NCBI GenBank assembly: GCA_024687745.1
Contig: JAILEM010000150.1
Location: 68,869-100,868 of the forward strand
Reading direction: 5' to 3'
Length of the DNA stretch: 32,000 bases
Source of the DNA: Lachnospiraceae bacterium
GTDB taxonomy: Bacteria > Bacillota > Clostridia > Lachnospirales > Lachnospiraceae
Program-made: the position numbers and the translations under genes
The notes under the pieces: model-generated
What the model saw: the letters and a program-made list of their open reading frames with translations, nothing else
The model's database searches: none
What the model was told of the DNA's origin: nothing
Part shown: piece by piece, positions 16,625-27,361 of the stretch
Numbering within the stretch: position 1 is the first letter of the stretch
Layout of the letters: each line of letters begins with the position of its first letter

Positions 16625-18227
16625 CCCTTATAAAGCCTCTTATCGGAAGGATCTCTGATGGCGCAACCGCTATCTCATCTATTCCCATCCTTATAAGCTC
16701 GCTGATCGAAATCTCATCAGTAGGTATCTCCCCGCATATTCCAACACTGCACCCCTCCTTATGCGCATTATTTATTGTCATTTCTATGAGCTTTCTAACT
16801 GCGGGATGCTTCCTGTCAAAGAGAGGATCCGCCCTCTCATCAAGCCTGTCTAGAGCAAGGGTATACTGGGTAAGGTCATTGGTCCCTATACTAAGATAAT
16901 CCGCCTCCCTTGCAAGCTGATCTGAGATAAGGGCTGCAGCAGGTGTTTCTATCATGATACCCTGTCTGACGTCCCCGATATTTAGGTGCTCCTTCCTTAA
17001 GGACTGAACCGCCTCCTCATTGATCTTTTTTATCATCCTGATCTCTTCGACATTGATTATCATCGGATAAAGAATGGTGACTCTGCCAAAAAATGCTGCC
17101 CTGTATACAGCTCTTAACTGGGTGAGAAAAACATCCTTCCTGTCAAGACTCATTCTGATACCCCTGTATCCGAGTGCCGGATTGTTTTCCTTAGGCATAG
17201 CAAGATATTCCTTGGTCTTATCAAGTCCCACATCACAGGTCCTTATTACGACCTCTTTACCCTCCATTCTCCTGATCACGGAACTGTATATATCATACTG
17301 CTCCTCCTCTGTGGGATATCTGTCCTCTTTAAGGTATAGAAATTCTGTCCTGAACAGTCCTATACCGGCTGCATCATTTTTGATGACCTGATCCATATCA
17401 CTGTCATCATTTATGCTGGCATAAAGCTTTATGAGCTTTCCGTCCTTTGTAATATCGGGCTTCCCTATAAGCTCCTTCTGAAGTCTTCTTACCTCCTCCT
17501 GCTTCCTGATCCTGGCTTTATATACCTCTATCTTTTCCTCATCGGGATCCACTATGATCTCGCCGATATCTCCGTCGACTATGGCAAACCTGCCATTAAA
17601 GCTCTTAAAAATATCGGCCCTTATTATAACAGGAAGATTCATGGACTTGGCAAGTATAGTCATGTGTGAATTCGGAGATCCCTCCCGGATGACTATGCCA
17701 AGTATCTTCTCCCTGTCAAATTGAAAAAGCTCACTGGGACTTATATCCTCTGCCAGAAGCACATAGGGTCTCTCGAAAAATCCTGTGGCAGAACTGTTCC
17801 CGGACATGGCTCTTACTATCCTTCCTGAGATGTCACGGATATCGGCAACTCTGTCCTTGAAATACTGGTTATCCACAGACCTTAAGCTCTCACATATATC
17901 ATTCGTGGCATAAACAACTGCCGCCTCCGCATTAAGCTTTCGCTCCCTTATTATGCCCTTTACAGCATCGACAAAATTCTCATCCCTGATAAGCATCTTA
18001 TGAACTTCAAGTATCCTTGCGTTATTCTCTCCTATTTCGGATACCACGCTCTCATACAGGGAATCTATCTGTCTGGCGGCTTCTTCACAGGCGCTCTCAA
18101 ATCGGTCAAGCTCTGAAGATATATCTTCGATATGATGAACGGTCATGGAAAGATCACTGTTATAATAAAACACTATCTTACCCATGGCTATTCCGCCGGA
18201 AACCGATTTTCCAACTATCCTGTTCAT
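16608..18227 (-). CDS. ptsI: Phosphoenolpyruvate-protein phosphotransferase (PTS Enzyme I)
   Basis: The active-site His region is GSPNSHMTILAKSMNLPVI. The PEP-utilising domain has GTNDLTQYTLALDR and a catalytic Cys in SVGICGE. The ORF-track start at 18251 is GTG. I favour the ATG at 18227, which has GGGGGAG/AAGGA upstream and forms an ATGA overlap with the preceding stop, giving 539 aa. Confidence 0.93.
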   Translation of the reverse strand: MNRIVGKSVSGGIAMGKIVFYYNSDLSMTVHHIEDISSELDRFESACEEAARQIDSLYESVVSEIGENNARILEVHKMLIRDENFVDAVKGIIRERKLNAEAAVVYATNDICESLRSVDNQYFKDRVADIRDISGRIVRAMSGNSSATGFFERPYVLLAEDISPSELFQFDREKILGIVIREGSPNSHMTILAKSMNLPVIIRADIFKSFNGRFAIVDGDIGEIIVDPDEEKIEVYKARIRKQEEVRRLQKELIGKPDITKDGKLIKLYASINDDSDMDQVIKNDAAGIGLFRTEFLYLKEDRYPTEEEQYDIYSSVIRRMEGKEVVIRTCDVGLDKTKEYLAMPKENNPALGYRGIRMSLDRKDVFLTQLRAVYRAAFFGRVTILYPMIINVEEIRMIKKINEEAVQSLRKEHLNIGDVRQGIMIETPAAALISDQLAREADYLSIGTNDLTQYTLALDRLDERADPLFDRKHPAVRKLIEMTINNAHKEGCSVGICGEIPTDEISISELIRMGIDEIAVAPSEILPIRGFIRDSYVS

Positions 18228-20221
18228 TCCTTTTCTCCCCCGAACTGCCACTGCGGTTTCTTAAAGAAATCAACTCTTGGCTCTAAGAATTTAAGTTCAT
18301 GGGAACTGATATCGTTAAAATATGATGACAGCGGCTCAAGGATCAGATCCCAGCTCCACCTCTTATCCTCCTCAATATTCATATAATCCATAAACATTTC
18401 ACACCCATCGGGGGCCAGAGGATGCAAAAGCACTGCCATCACCTTACAGGAATAAAACGTATCGATAAGAAGCTGCTTCCACAGGGTTGTATCGTTTTCC
18501 CTGTCCGCTTCCCTGCTTTTTGCGGCCCATCTTTTATTGGTATCCCTTATAAAATCATCAAGGACATAGGATATCCTGTGAAACTCCTGATTATACATAT
18601 GCCTCTCATATTCCAGGGTCTTAGACCTCGCAAACTCCTTAACATCTTCCGATACTTCTCCGTCAGGAAGGTGGCCCTCAAGCACATTCTGGGTTGTATA
18701 AAAACACGAACGGATAAGCCTGTTATATACATTGGTCAGAAGATTCCCCTCCTTAAGTACCATGTCAACGCCCCTGCACTCCTTCTTTTCCTCATCTGAC
18801 ATATAAACAAGAGGCTTAAATCCGGTACTCTTATTATTAAGGCCAAGGCTTATAAAATGCATCCTTAACTGATCCGCAGAATAGTGATCAAGCAGCTCAT
18901 CGGCCATGGGCGGTTTTATATCCGAACTTGACGAAGCTTTGGTGTCCATAAAGAGTACATGTCTGTTGGCTATGATCTGGGGCGGCTTAATATTTCCAAG
19001 CGCATTGAACATACCTATTTCAGCGATAGCATAGAAATAGATGTTATCCTCTCCGATAAACTGATATACCTGTGCTTCATCATCATTCCACCACTTTTCC
19101 CACTCATCTTCGGGAAGTCCCCTGCGCCTGAGATAAGCCTTTGTAAAGGATATGGGAGCCCATAGAGATTCAGGCCATACCCAGAATGTAAGGTCCTTCG
19201 TATCTTCTATATCCGGCACGGGAACACCCCATTCAACATTTCCTGTAAGTCTGAAGGGAACCAAAGTCTTTCCGGCAGTATAATGGATACCCCTGCCTTC
19301 AAGTACCTTTCTTGCAACGTCACGGTCATCGAGGGATTTAAAGGTGACTGTTACAGACTTTCTCTTTTCTTCATCAACCACCTCACATTCAGGAAGCTCC
19401 TTCACAAGATCGTCAACAGTGATCTCCCTTTCTTCCATATACTTCTTGGGTATATGGATAAGCGGCTTCTGAAGAAAGTCATCAATTATGGTAAGCTCAA
19501 ATTTTCTGGTATTTGATTCTCTTTTTAAAGCATCTGTATATTCCTTTAAGGACTCGATATCATCCTCCAGTCTGTAATACCAGTTTGTGACATTTTTAAA
19601 GGAAGGCTTCTTTCCGGAGACCACGCTTACAGGATCGATAAGCTCACTTGGCATGTACTGATGCCCCAGAGAACATTCATCGGCATATGCCTTCTCAGAC
19701 TGGCAGCCTTCTATCGGACATCTGCCCACAACCTGTCTTCCATTAAGGAATATACCCATCTCTTCATCATAAAACTGTGGAGTTGAAAGCTTTTCGAGGC
19801 GTCCCTTTTTATAGAGCTCCATAAATATTTCTTCTGACTCTCTGTTGTGCTCTTCTTTAGAATCTCCGAGGGCGGAAGCACCGAAATAATCCAGACTTAT
19901 CTTATATTTATCAAGGGTTTCCTTCTGTTTTTCATGATTTGAATTAACATAGTCCCTTATCGATCTGTCATATCCCTCTTCCTTTAATTTTCTGTAGCTT
20001 TCAAGAGCGGGCGAACCATAGCAGTCGGTTCCGGAAACAAAAATAACATTTTCCTTTCCTATCCTGTCACGCAGAAATCGCGCAAAAACATCGGCGTGAA
20101 TATACATGCCTCCGACATGTCCGAAATGAAGCTCTTTATTTCCGTACGGCATTCCTCCCGTTATCAGTGCTCTTTTGGGAAATACCGGTCTTTCATCGGG
20201 TTTTATTCTCTTATTATACAT
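18224..20221 (-). CDS. metG: Class I tRNA ligase family protein, methionine-tRNA ligase-like, with divergent motifs
   Basis: 665 aa. The HIGH motif appears as HFGH at aa 32-35. A MetRS-type zinc knuckle is present (GRCPIEGCQSEKAYADECSLGH). An anticodon-binding-like C-terminus is present (DTNKRWAAK...LLHPLAPDG). At the KMSKS position the sequence reads KASSS (18926-18940). The RBS is strong (GGAGGAGAAA before ATG). There is no EMAPII-like C-terminal tRNA-binding domain. Confidence 0.75.
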   Translation of the reverse strand: MYNKRIKPDERPVFPKRALITGGMPYGNKELHFGHVGGMYIHADVFARFLRDRIGKENVIFVSGTDCYGSPALESYRKLKEEGYDRSIRDYVNSNHEKQKETLDKYKISLDYFGASALGDSKEEHNRESEEIFMELYKKGRLEKLSTPQFYDEEMGIFLNGRQVVGRCPIEGCQSEKAYADECSLGHQYMPSELIDPVSVVSGKKPSFKNVTNWYYRLEDDIESLKEYTDALKRESNTRKFELTIIDDFLQKPLIHIPKKYMEEREITVDDLVKELPECEVVDEEKRKSVTVTFKSLDDRDVARKVLEGRGIHYTAGKTLVPFRLTGNVEWGVPVPDIEDTKDLTFWVWPESLWAPISFTKAYLRRRGLPEDEWEKWWNDDEAQVYQFIGEDNIYFYAIAEIGMFNALGNIKPPQIIANRHVLFMDTKASSSSDIKPPMADELLDHYSADQLRMHFISLGLNNKSTGFKPLVYMSDEEKKECRGVDMVLKEGNLLTNVYNRLIRSCFYTTQNVLEGHLPDGEVSEDVKEFARSKTLEYERHMYNQEFHRISYVLDDFIRDTNKRWAAKSREADRENDTTLWKQLLIDTFYSCKVMAVLLHPLAPDGCEMFMDYMNIEEDKRWSWDLILEPLSSYFNDISSHELKFLEPRVDFFKKPQWQFGGEKE

Positions 20222-20235
20222 TTTCTCCTCCGTTT

Positions 20236-22725
20236 TTATGATATATCCGCCCTTACGGCATCACATACCTTTTTATATGCTTCGATGAACAGCTCATGCT
20301 TTTCATCTATAAATTCCCTGTTCTCGCTTTTTGCGGCAAGCTCAAGCTCCTTCCCCATCTCTGAGAGTTTTTTTGCGCCAACATAAAGCGACGTGGATTT
20401 TATCCCATGCGCAATTACGGCATACTCCTTAAAATTATATGACATATAATGCTCGTTGAGATTTGCGATATTTGACTCCTCATCCTCTACATAAACCTCT
20501 GCAAGGGATCTGTACATCTCCTCATCATCCATACAGTTTTCCATGGCAAAGCTTTTATCTATGATCTTTGAGTCTTTATCTTCGCTTTCATTTTGTTTAT
20601 CTCTGCCCGTATCGCCGTCAGCTGCAGCTGTATCAGCTGCTGCGCTGTCTGCATCGGACCCTGTCTCATAGCCCGAAAACAGTTTATTATTATCCTCTGT
20701 CCTCTTTAACAGATTACCTGTAAGACATATCTCACCCTCATTCATTATAAGTGAAGGATCCAGGTATGATCTTGTAATATTGAGAAGCTGCTGTTTTTTT
20801 ACCGGTTTACTGATATAGTCATCAAAACCGTAATTCATATATGTTTCCCTCGCACCTGAAAGCGCATTGGCTGTCATCGCGATTATATGGGTGTTATAGT
20901 TGGGATTTGACGGATCGGACCTGACCCTTTTGATAACATCAATACCATCCGTCCCCGGCATCATATGATCAAGATATACAAGGTCGTATTTCTTATATCC
21001 GAGCAGGGAAAGAGCATTATCTCCCGAGAGAGAATCCGTAAGGTTGGCTCCTATGGGTTCAAGGAACTTCTTGGCAACGATCAGGTTCATGTTATTATCA
21101 TCAACCAAGAGAATCTCTGCCTCAGGTGCTATAAACGCAACTGTCTCTTCGTTTCTCTTCTCCCTTTCCGCATCGTTATACTCTGCAATAGTTCTGTCAG
21201 AGGCGATTTCCTGCTTTATCTTTACTATGAACTCCGAACCTACCCCATATGTACTCTTGACGCTGATAGAGCCCTCCATCATGTCTACTAACTGCTTTAC
21301 TATCGACAGACCGAGACCTGTCCCTTCTATGTTTTTATTCTTCTTCTCATCAAACCTTGTAAATGTTCCAAACAGTTTTTCCTGATCTGTCTCTTTTATC
21401 CCTCTTCCCGTGTCATAGACATCTATCAGTAATTCGACCTTATCGATCCCATCCTCTGTTACTCTTTTTCCTGTAACAGTCAGCTTGATCACTCCCTGAT
21501 CCGTATATTTGACTGAATTATTAAGAAGGTTTATGAGGATCTGCCTTATCCTCATCTCATCTCCTATGAGCTCATCCGGCAATGAATCCTCTATATCCAG
21601 CTCAAACCCCAAAAGCTTGGCCTCTGCTTTTGTCTCGATCATAAGGACTATATCCTTTATGACAGCCGCAAAATGATACTTTGCATTTATTATCTCAAGC
21701 TTTCCCGATTCTATCTTTGAAAGATCGAGGATATCATTGATTATCGAAAGGAGAAGATTTCCCGAAATATCTATATTCCCTGCGTATTCCTTTATATCAA
21801 TTTCCTTTGTTTCCATGCTCTTTGTGGGATCCTTAAGCTCATCGATTATGAATTCGTTCATGCCGAGGATAACATTCAGAGGAGTTCTGATCTCATGGGA
21901 CATATTTGCCAGGAATTTTGATTTTGCCTGATTTGCCTTTATCGCATCCTGTTCAGCTACAAAGAGTCTGTCATTCATTTCATTGAGCTCTTCATTCGTC
22001 TCATGAAGCTTCTCATTCATATCCGTAAGCTTTGTATTAGCCTCCCTTAATGATGTATAGTCAGGGGTTTCCAGACAGAAATAGCAAACATAGGCTGCTG
22101 TAACGCCAAACATATAGGCTACAAGATATCTTGCTCCGGAGATCGTCTGTATACCAAGACCGAGGAGGAAGAGAATAAAGGATATATGAAAGGTAAACTT
22201 CTGCCTTCTGTTAAGTGTCTTGCTGCTCTTAAGCATGATCAGATAGGATGAGATGAGATAGAACAGGGGGATGGTATATCCGGCAGGTATGAATGCATAG
22301 CCATGATAGTAGCTTCCTGTCTCATCATATCCCATGATAAATCCGAATTTTGCGTTTATTACAACCATCAGGATATAAACGATCATCAGAAAATGGCAGA
22401 TATTACTGTAGTTTACCCATTTTTCCTTTGGCAGGCAGTAATAGACAACATATATGGCAAAAAACATTGCCGCAACACATCCGGTTATAAAATCAAGTGA
22501 GTTAAATAAAAGCTTTATCCAGCTTGGAAAGGGTTCTCCTATCGGTGTCCTTGCAAGAAGAGATGCAATGTTCAAAGTGACTGTTGCAGGTATGGTACTT
22601 AATACATATCTTTCCAGGAGCTTGTGCCCTTTTCCCTCACCAAAACCGACATAGTAAATAACGATCATAAGAACGACCGTAAACAATATCGGCGAGATTG
22701 CAAAATCGTATTCAAATCTGAGCAT
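20236..22725 (-). CDS. Hybrid sensor histidine kinase / response regulator with an N-terminal multi-TM sensor domain and a C-terminal HPt domain
   Basis: 829 aa with about 6-7 N-terminal TM helices. The H-box is FLANMSHEIRTPLN, and the HATPase region includes DTGRGI and GTGLGLSI. The REC domain has LLVDDNNMNL and DLVYLDHMMPGTDG. An Asp/Ala-rich linker leads to an HPt-like region (AHGIKSTSLYVGAKKL). Confidence 0.9.
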   Translation of the reverse strand: MLRFEYDFAISPILFTVVLMIVIYYVGFGEGKGHKLLERYVLSTIPATVTLNIASLLARTPIGEPFPSWIKLLFNSLDFITGCVAAMFFAIYVVYYCLPKEKWVNYSNICHFLMIVYILMVVINAKFGFIMGYDETGSYYHGYAFIPAGYTIPLFYLISSYLIMLKSSKTLNRRQKFTFHISFILFLLGLGIQTISGARYLVAYMFGVTAAYVCYFCLETPDYTSLREANTKLTDMNEKLHETNEELNEMNDRLFVAEQDAIKANQAKSKFLANMSHEIRTPLNVILGMNEFIIDELKDPTKSMETKEIDIKEYAGNIDISGNLLLSIINDILDLSKIESGKLEIINAKYHFAAVIKDIVLMIETKAEAKLLGFELDIEDSLPDELIGDEMRIRQILINLLNNSVKYTDQGVIKLTVTGKRVTEDGIDKVELLIDVYDTGRGIKETDQEKLFGTFTRFDEKKNKNIEGTGLGLSIVKQLVDMMEGSISVKSTYGVGSEFIVKIKQEIASDRTIAEYNDAEREKRNEETVAFIAPEAEILLVDDNNMNLIVAKKFLEPIGANLTDSLSGDNALSLLGYKKYDLVYLDHMMPGTDGIDVIKRVRSDPSNPNYNTHIIAMTANALSGARETYMNYGFDDYISKPVKKQQLLNITRSYLDPSLIMNEGEICLTGNLLKRTEDNNKLFSGYETGSDADSAAADTAAADGDTGRDKQNESEDKDSKIIDKSFAMENCMDDEEMYRSLAEVYVEDEESNIANLNEHYMSYNFKEYAVIAHGIKSTSLYVGAKKLSEMGKELELAAKSENREFIDEKHELFIEAYKKVCDAVRADIS

Positions 22726-22771
22726 ATTCGATCCTCTGTAAAAATATTACCTCCGGCCTGTCTGGAGCCGA

Positions 22772-25054
22772 TCAGTCAGTATTGACGATCTTTTCCTCAG
22801 GAAGCCATTTTCTTATAATGTCCTCCAGCTCCTTTCCTGTCATGGGCTTTGAGAGATAATCGTTAAAGCCTTCCTTAAGATACATTTCCCTGGACCCCGA
22901 AACAGCATTGGCTGTAAGAGCTATAAACGGTGTTGTATCCTCAGGATGCAGTTCCCTGTATTTATGAAAAGTCTCAATACCATCCATGACCGGCATCATA
23001 TGATCCATAAGAACAAGGTCAAAATCCAGTTTTTCCATGGCCTCAAGAGCTTCTTCACCGCTCCTTAGGCATATGGTATTGATCCCGGTATTTTTAAGAA
23101 GTGCGTTGACGACTTTCAGATTCATTGCATTGTCATCTACAACAAATATATTAGTGTTTCTTGTCTTTAAACCCTCTTTGGGTTTATCGCTGTCACTGTC
23201 CTGATCCTTTTTATCATCAGCGATCGCCTGAGAGATATTTCCGACTATTTCCTTTCCGACCTTTTCCTGGGGAATAGAGGCCCTGAATAAGGATCCTTCA
23301 CCGTAAGTGCTCTCAACCTCTATGGTACCGTCCATGAGCTTAACAAAATCATGGGTTATCGCAAGTCCAAGTCCTGTTCCCTCTATATATCTGTTCTTTT
23401 CTTCGTTTACTCTTGAGAAGGAATCAAATATCCTCTCAAGGTTTTCTTTCTTTATACCCTGTCCGGTATCCTTAACTTCTATGATAAGGATAACCCTGTT
23501 CTCGTTTTCACTGTCTTCCTTGGCGGATAGATCAAGGGATACCGATCCCCTGGAGGTATACTTTATACCGTTTGTAAGGAAATTAGTGATGATCTGTCTT
23601 ATCCTGACCTCATCCCCCTTAAGATACCTGGGCATATAGGGATCGGCATTCATCTTAAGTTCAAGTCCTTTGTCGGATGCTCTGGTTGAAAGGATGGATA
23701 TCTCGTATTTTATGAGTTCGGCTACACTGTACTCTGTCAGAATAAGATCCATGTTTCCGGCTTCGATCTTAGATATGTCAAGTATATCATTTATAAGTGA
23801 AAGCAGGGTATATCCGGCGTTCTGCACGGAATCTGCATAGTCGATTATATCCGGATCCTTTGCCTCCTTTAATATCATTTCATTCATTCCAAGGATCGAA
23901 TTAATAGGTGTCCTTATCTCATGGGACATATTTGCAAGGAATGTGGTCTTAGCCTTATTCGCCGCATCGGCTTCATTCCTCTCTTCTGTTTTTTCATGTA
24001 TTTCGGTCTGAAGCTCTGAATTATACCTGTTGATGACCCTGATATATTCCTGCTGTCTCGTATTATCCTCAAGCTCGATAAGGAATCCAACGGGGTTTTT
24101 AACCTTTCTGCCTATCGGCTTAATGGTACCGATAAAATACTTCCCGTTTCTCTCAATATCCCTGTTTGTTACCCGATCGCCTAACTTGGTATAATCATCG
24201 GTCCAGGAGATTATATCCCTGTAAAAATCGCCGTTCTTTATATAATCCCTCGAATCTGCCTTTATCTCATCCAGCTCGGGATATATTATCTTTGCCGTTT
24301 CATTACAGTTCATGAAACGCAGATCCCTGTCAAGTGTTATATAGGCATATTCGTAATAGTTATCGTAGGTTTCAGCTATGGCTGCCGAAAGATCATAAAG
24401 ATTCATCCTTGTGATTATCATTATGACCATTGTTTCAAATGCAATGTATACAAATGGCATAAGATCGATGTTTATGTGTACTATCCTTTCAAACAGATAG
24501 ATAAAGGTTCCGACGCCCAGTCCTATGGCCAGAGAAAGAGTTGTCCTCAGAGAAACCTTCTTTTTCTTTATTATCGAATATATAACTATAAAAAAGCAGG
24601 CCGCAAGCTCACCAAGGAGCATTACTATATAAAGGTTGTGAAGCGGTCCGTAAACCTTTTTAAGGAAGGTTCCCCCGTAAGCATAACCAACAGCTACATC
24701 CTTATAATACAATTCGTTGTAGCCTATGGTACAGACTGCGGCAAATACAGCCAGAGAGTAAAACTGCATAAGTGCGATGATAAATCTCGGCATCTCAAGA
24801 TCACACAGGGAGCTTACCGTCATCACCAGCAAAAACGGCAGGAAAACGCCTCCCATATAAGTAAACCGGTTAGCAAGTAATGCCTCTCTGATATTACGTG
24901 AAAGAGCGATCGACAGATAACCTATATTACATACTATGACAAGACCAAAAAGCAGAAACATATACCTGCTTGTAGTCTTGATACTTATATTTGAAAAAAT
25001 GACAAATGTAACTACTGATAAAAAAATCGCGATTGAATATAACCAGATTACCAT
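22772..25054 (-). CDS. Hybrid sensor histidine kinase / response regulator with an N-terminal 7TM-type sensor domain and a PAS-like segment
   Basis: 760 aa with about 7 TM helices, then a PAS-like region (YITLDRDLRFMNCNETAKIIYP). The H-box is FLANMSHEIRTPIN, and the HATPase region includes DTGQGI and GTGLGLAI. The REC domain has FVVDDNAMNL and DLVLMDHMMPVMDG. There is no HPt domain. Confidence 0.9.
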   Translation of the reverse strand: MVIWLYSIAIFLSVVTFVIFSNISIKTTSRYMFLLFGLVIVCNIGYLSIALSRNIREALLANRFTYMGGVFLPFLLVMTVSSLCDLEMPRFIIALMQFYSLAVFAAVCTIGYNELYYKDVAVGYAYGGTFLKKVYGPLHNLYIVMLLGELAACFFIVIYSIIKKKKVSLRTTLSLAIGLGVGTFIYLFERIVHINIDLMPFVYIAFETMVIMIITRMNLYDLSAAIAETYDNYYEYAYITLDRDLRFMNCNETAKIIYPELDEIKADSRDYIKNGDFYRDIISWTDDYTKLGDRVTNRDIERNGKYFIGTIKPIGRKVKNPVGFLIELEDNTRQQEYIRVINRYNSELQTEIHEKTEERNEADAANKAKTTFLANMSHEIRTPINSILGMNEMILKEAKDPDIIDYADSVQNAGYTLLSLINDILDISKIEAGNMDLILTEYSVAELIKYEISILSTRASDKGLELKMNADPYMPRYLKGDEVRIRQIITNFLTNGIKYTSRGSVSLDLSAKEDSENENRVILIIEVKDTGQGIKKENLERIFDSFSRVNEEKNRYIEGTGLGLAITHDFVKLMDGTIEVESTYGEGSLFRASIPQEKVGKEIVGNISQAIADDKKDQDSDSDKPKEGLKTRNTNIFVVDDNAMNLKVVNALLKNTGINTICLRSGEEALEAMEKLDFDLVLMDHMMPVMDGIETFHKYRELHPEDTTPFIALTANAVSGSREMYLKEGFNDYLSKPMTGKELEDIIRKWLPEEKIVNTD

Positions 25055-25084
25055 TTATATTTCCGCAGACCTCGTTTTTCTATT

Positions 25085-27361
25085 TTATAATTTCCATATA
25101 TCCCTGTTGTATTCGGCTATAGTCCTGTCGGAAGAGAAAAATCCGGCCTTTGCTATATTGGTAAGCATCATCCTCTTCCATCTTTCCCTGTCTTCATAGT
25201 CCTTTAACATTTCATCCTTCTTTTCTATATAGCTCTCGAGATCAAGAAGGGTCATAAACCAGTCCTTGTTTAACAGCTCCTTATAGAGTCTCTCAAGATT
25301 TTCTTTGTTTCCGATCTTTAAGGCCTTGTCGGATACTATAAAATCAACTGCTTCCCTGATCACCGGAGATTTTTTATAATGATCCTTTGATACATAATCA
25401 GCCTTCTCATAATGCTTTATTACCGTATCGGAATCTGCTCCGAAGATGTATATATTATCATCACCGACAAGCTCATGTATCTCAACGTTAGCTCCATCAT
25501 CAGTTCCCAGTGTAACTGCACCGTTTAACATGAACTTCATGTTTGAGGTTCCCGATGCTTCCTTGGAAGCTAAGGATATCTGTTCGGAAATATCACAGGC
25601 GGGTATAAGCTTTTCAGCATAGCTGACATTATAGTTGGTTACCATCACAACCTTGAGATAAGGACTTACATCCCTGTCGTTGTTGATGATCTCCTGAAGA
25701 ACGAGGATCAGATGTATTATATCCTTTGCTATAACATAAGCAGGTGCCGCTTTGGCTCCGAAGATACAGGTTATGGGACGCACCGGCTTCTTTCCCTTCT
25801 TTATCTCCAGATACTTATGGATTATATACAGGGCATTCATCTGCTGACGCTTATATTCATGAAGTCTTTTTACCTGTACATCAAATACGGATTCGGGATT
25901 TAATTCCACTCCCTCATTCTTTTTAATATATTCGACCAGAACCGCTTTATTCTTCTTTTTGATATCAGATATCTTCTCAAGAACAGCTTCATCGTCCCTG
26001 AATCTTAAAAGCTTCTCAAGCTCGTTTGCATCCCTCCTGTAGCCCTTTCCTATAGTCTCGTCAAGGAGTGACGCCAAAGGTCTGTTACAGGATAAGAGCC
26101 ATCTTCTGAACGTGACTCCGTTTGTTTTATTGTTGAATTTTTCAGGATAGAGCTTATAAAATGCATTAAGCTCGGTATTCTTTAATATATCGGTATGGAT
26201 CGCTGCCACACCGTTTACCGAATATCCGTAATGTATATCTATATGAGCCATATGGACTCTTTTTTCGCTGTCTATTATCTGGATCTTTGGGTCTTTATTG
26301 ACCTTTGCTATACGGTTGTTAAGCTCCTTTATGATCGGAACAAGCTGCGGAACCACCTTGTTCAGATAGGAAAGAGGCCACTTCTCAAGTGCTTCGGCAA
26401 GTATCGTATGATTTGTATAGGCGCAGGTCTTTTCAACTGTACTTATCGCATCATCCATCGTAAAACCTTCATCCCACGTAAGTATCCTTATAAGCTCGGG
26501 TATGACCATTGTGGGATGTGTATCATTGATCTGGATCGCAACATGCTTATCAAGGTCATAAAGATCATAACCCTTTTCCTTCATCTCTTTTATTATAAGC
26601 TGTGCCGCGTTCGATACCATGAAATACTGCTGGTAGATCCTTAAGAGGTTTCCTGCCTCATCGGAATCATCCGGATAAAGGAAGAGCGTGAGATTTTTTT
26701 CGATATCCTCCTTATCAAAATCTATTCCTTCCTTAACAAGGCTTTCATCGACCCCCTCAAGGTCAAAAAGGTGAAGCTTACATATCCCGCTCTCATATCC
26801 GGTCACATCAATGTCATAAAGGACCGACTTTACTTTTTTCCCTCCGCCGAATTCCACCTCAAAGCTCACATCAGTCTTATTAAGCCATGAATCCTTCTCT
26901 ATCCATTCATTTTTCCCGGCCATCTGGAGATGATCCTTAAACACCTGTTTAAAAAGTCCGTAATGATAATTTAATCCTATGCCTGCCCCGTTGAGTGAAA
27001 GTGTTGCTATGGAATCCATAAAACAGGCTGCAAGTCTTCCAAGCCCCCCGTTTCCAAGTGAGGGTTCGGGTTCCTCCTCCTCTATCAAAGCAACGGACTT
27101 TCCGTATTTATTCATTATATTCTCTACATCCTCATATACACCTAAGTTTATGAGATTATTGGATAAGAGCTTACCTATAAGAAATTCCGCGGAAATATAA
27201 TATACTTTCCTCTCTCCTCCCACTTCCTTCTTATTACGCATAAGCTCCTTTGAAAAAGCAAGCAACAGACCATAGAGCTCATGATCTTTTAGTGCTCCGA
27301 TGCTCTTTTTATACAGTTTCAAAGCCAGTTTATCAAGATCCTTTTCCAACGCTAAAGCCAT
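25085..27361 (-). CDS. glgP: Glycogen/alpha-glucan phosphorylase
   Basis: The PLP-lysine region [15 protein letters not shown] is present, along with family-wide similarity (e.g. [12 protein letters not shown]). The ORF-track start at 27376 is GTG. I favour the ATG at 27361 (MALALEKD...), which is preceded by AAGGAGA with a 5-6 nt spacer. Confidence 0.95.
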   Translation of the reverse strand: MALALEKDLDKLALKLYKKSIGALKDHELYGLLLAFSKELMRNKKEVGGERKVYYISAEFLIGKLLSNNLINLGVYEDVENIMNKYGKSVALIEEEEPEPSLGNGGLGRLAACFMDSIATLSLNGAGIGLNYHYGLFKQVFKDHLQMAGKNEWIEKDSWLNKTDVSFEVEFGGGKKVKSVLYDIDVTGYESGICKLHLFDLEGVDESLVKEGIDFDKEDIEKNLTLFLYPDDSDEAGNLLRIYQQYFMVSNAAQLIIKEMKEKGYDLYDLDKHVAIQINDTHPTMVIPELIRILTWDEGFTMDDAISTVEKTCAYTNHTILAEALEKWPLSYLNKVVPQLVPIIKELNNRIAKVNKDPKIQIIDSEKRVHMAHIDIHYGYSVNGVAAIHTDILKNTELNAFYKLYPEKFNNKTNGVTFRRWLLSCNRPLASLLDETIGKGYRRDANELEKLLRFRDDEAVLEKISDIKKKNKAVLVEYIKKNEGVELNPESVFDVQVKRLHEYKRQQMNALYIIHKYLEIKKGKKPVRPITCIFGAKAAPAYVIAKDIIHLILVLQEIINNDRDVSPYLKVVMVTNYNVSYAEKLIPACDISEQISLASKEASGTSNMKFMLNGAVTLGTDDGANVEIHELVGDDNIYIFGADSDTVIKHYEKADYVSKDHYKKSPVIREAVDFIVSDKALKIGNKENLERLYKELLNKDWFMTLLDLESYIEKKDEMLKDYEDRERWKRMMLTNIAKAGFFSSDRTIAEYNRDIWKL

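Noticed and set aside
22726-22771. Possible terminator between the two histidine kinase genes (CTCCAG...CCGGAG followed by a T-run)
   Set aside because: The stem is only 4-5 bp with a mismatch. At most it is a weak pause site, so I did not call it a feature.
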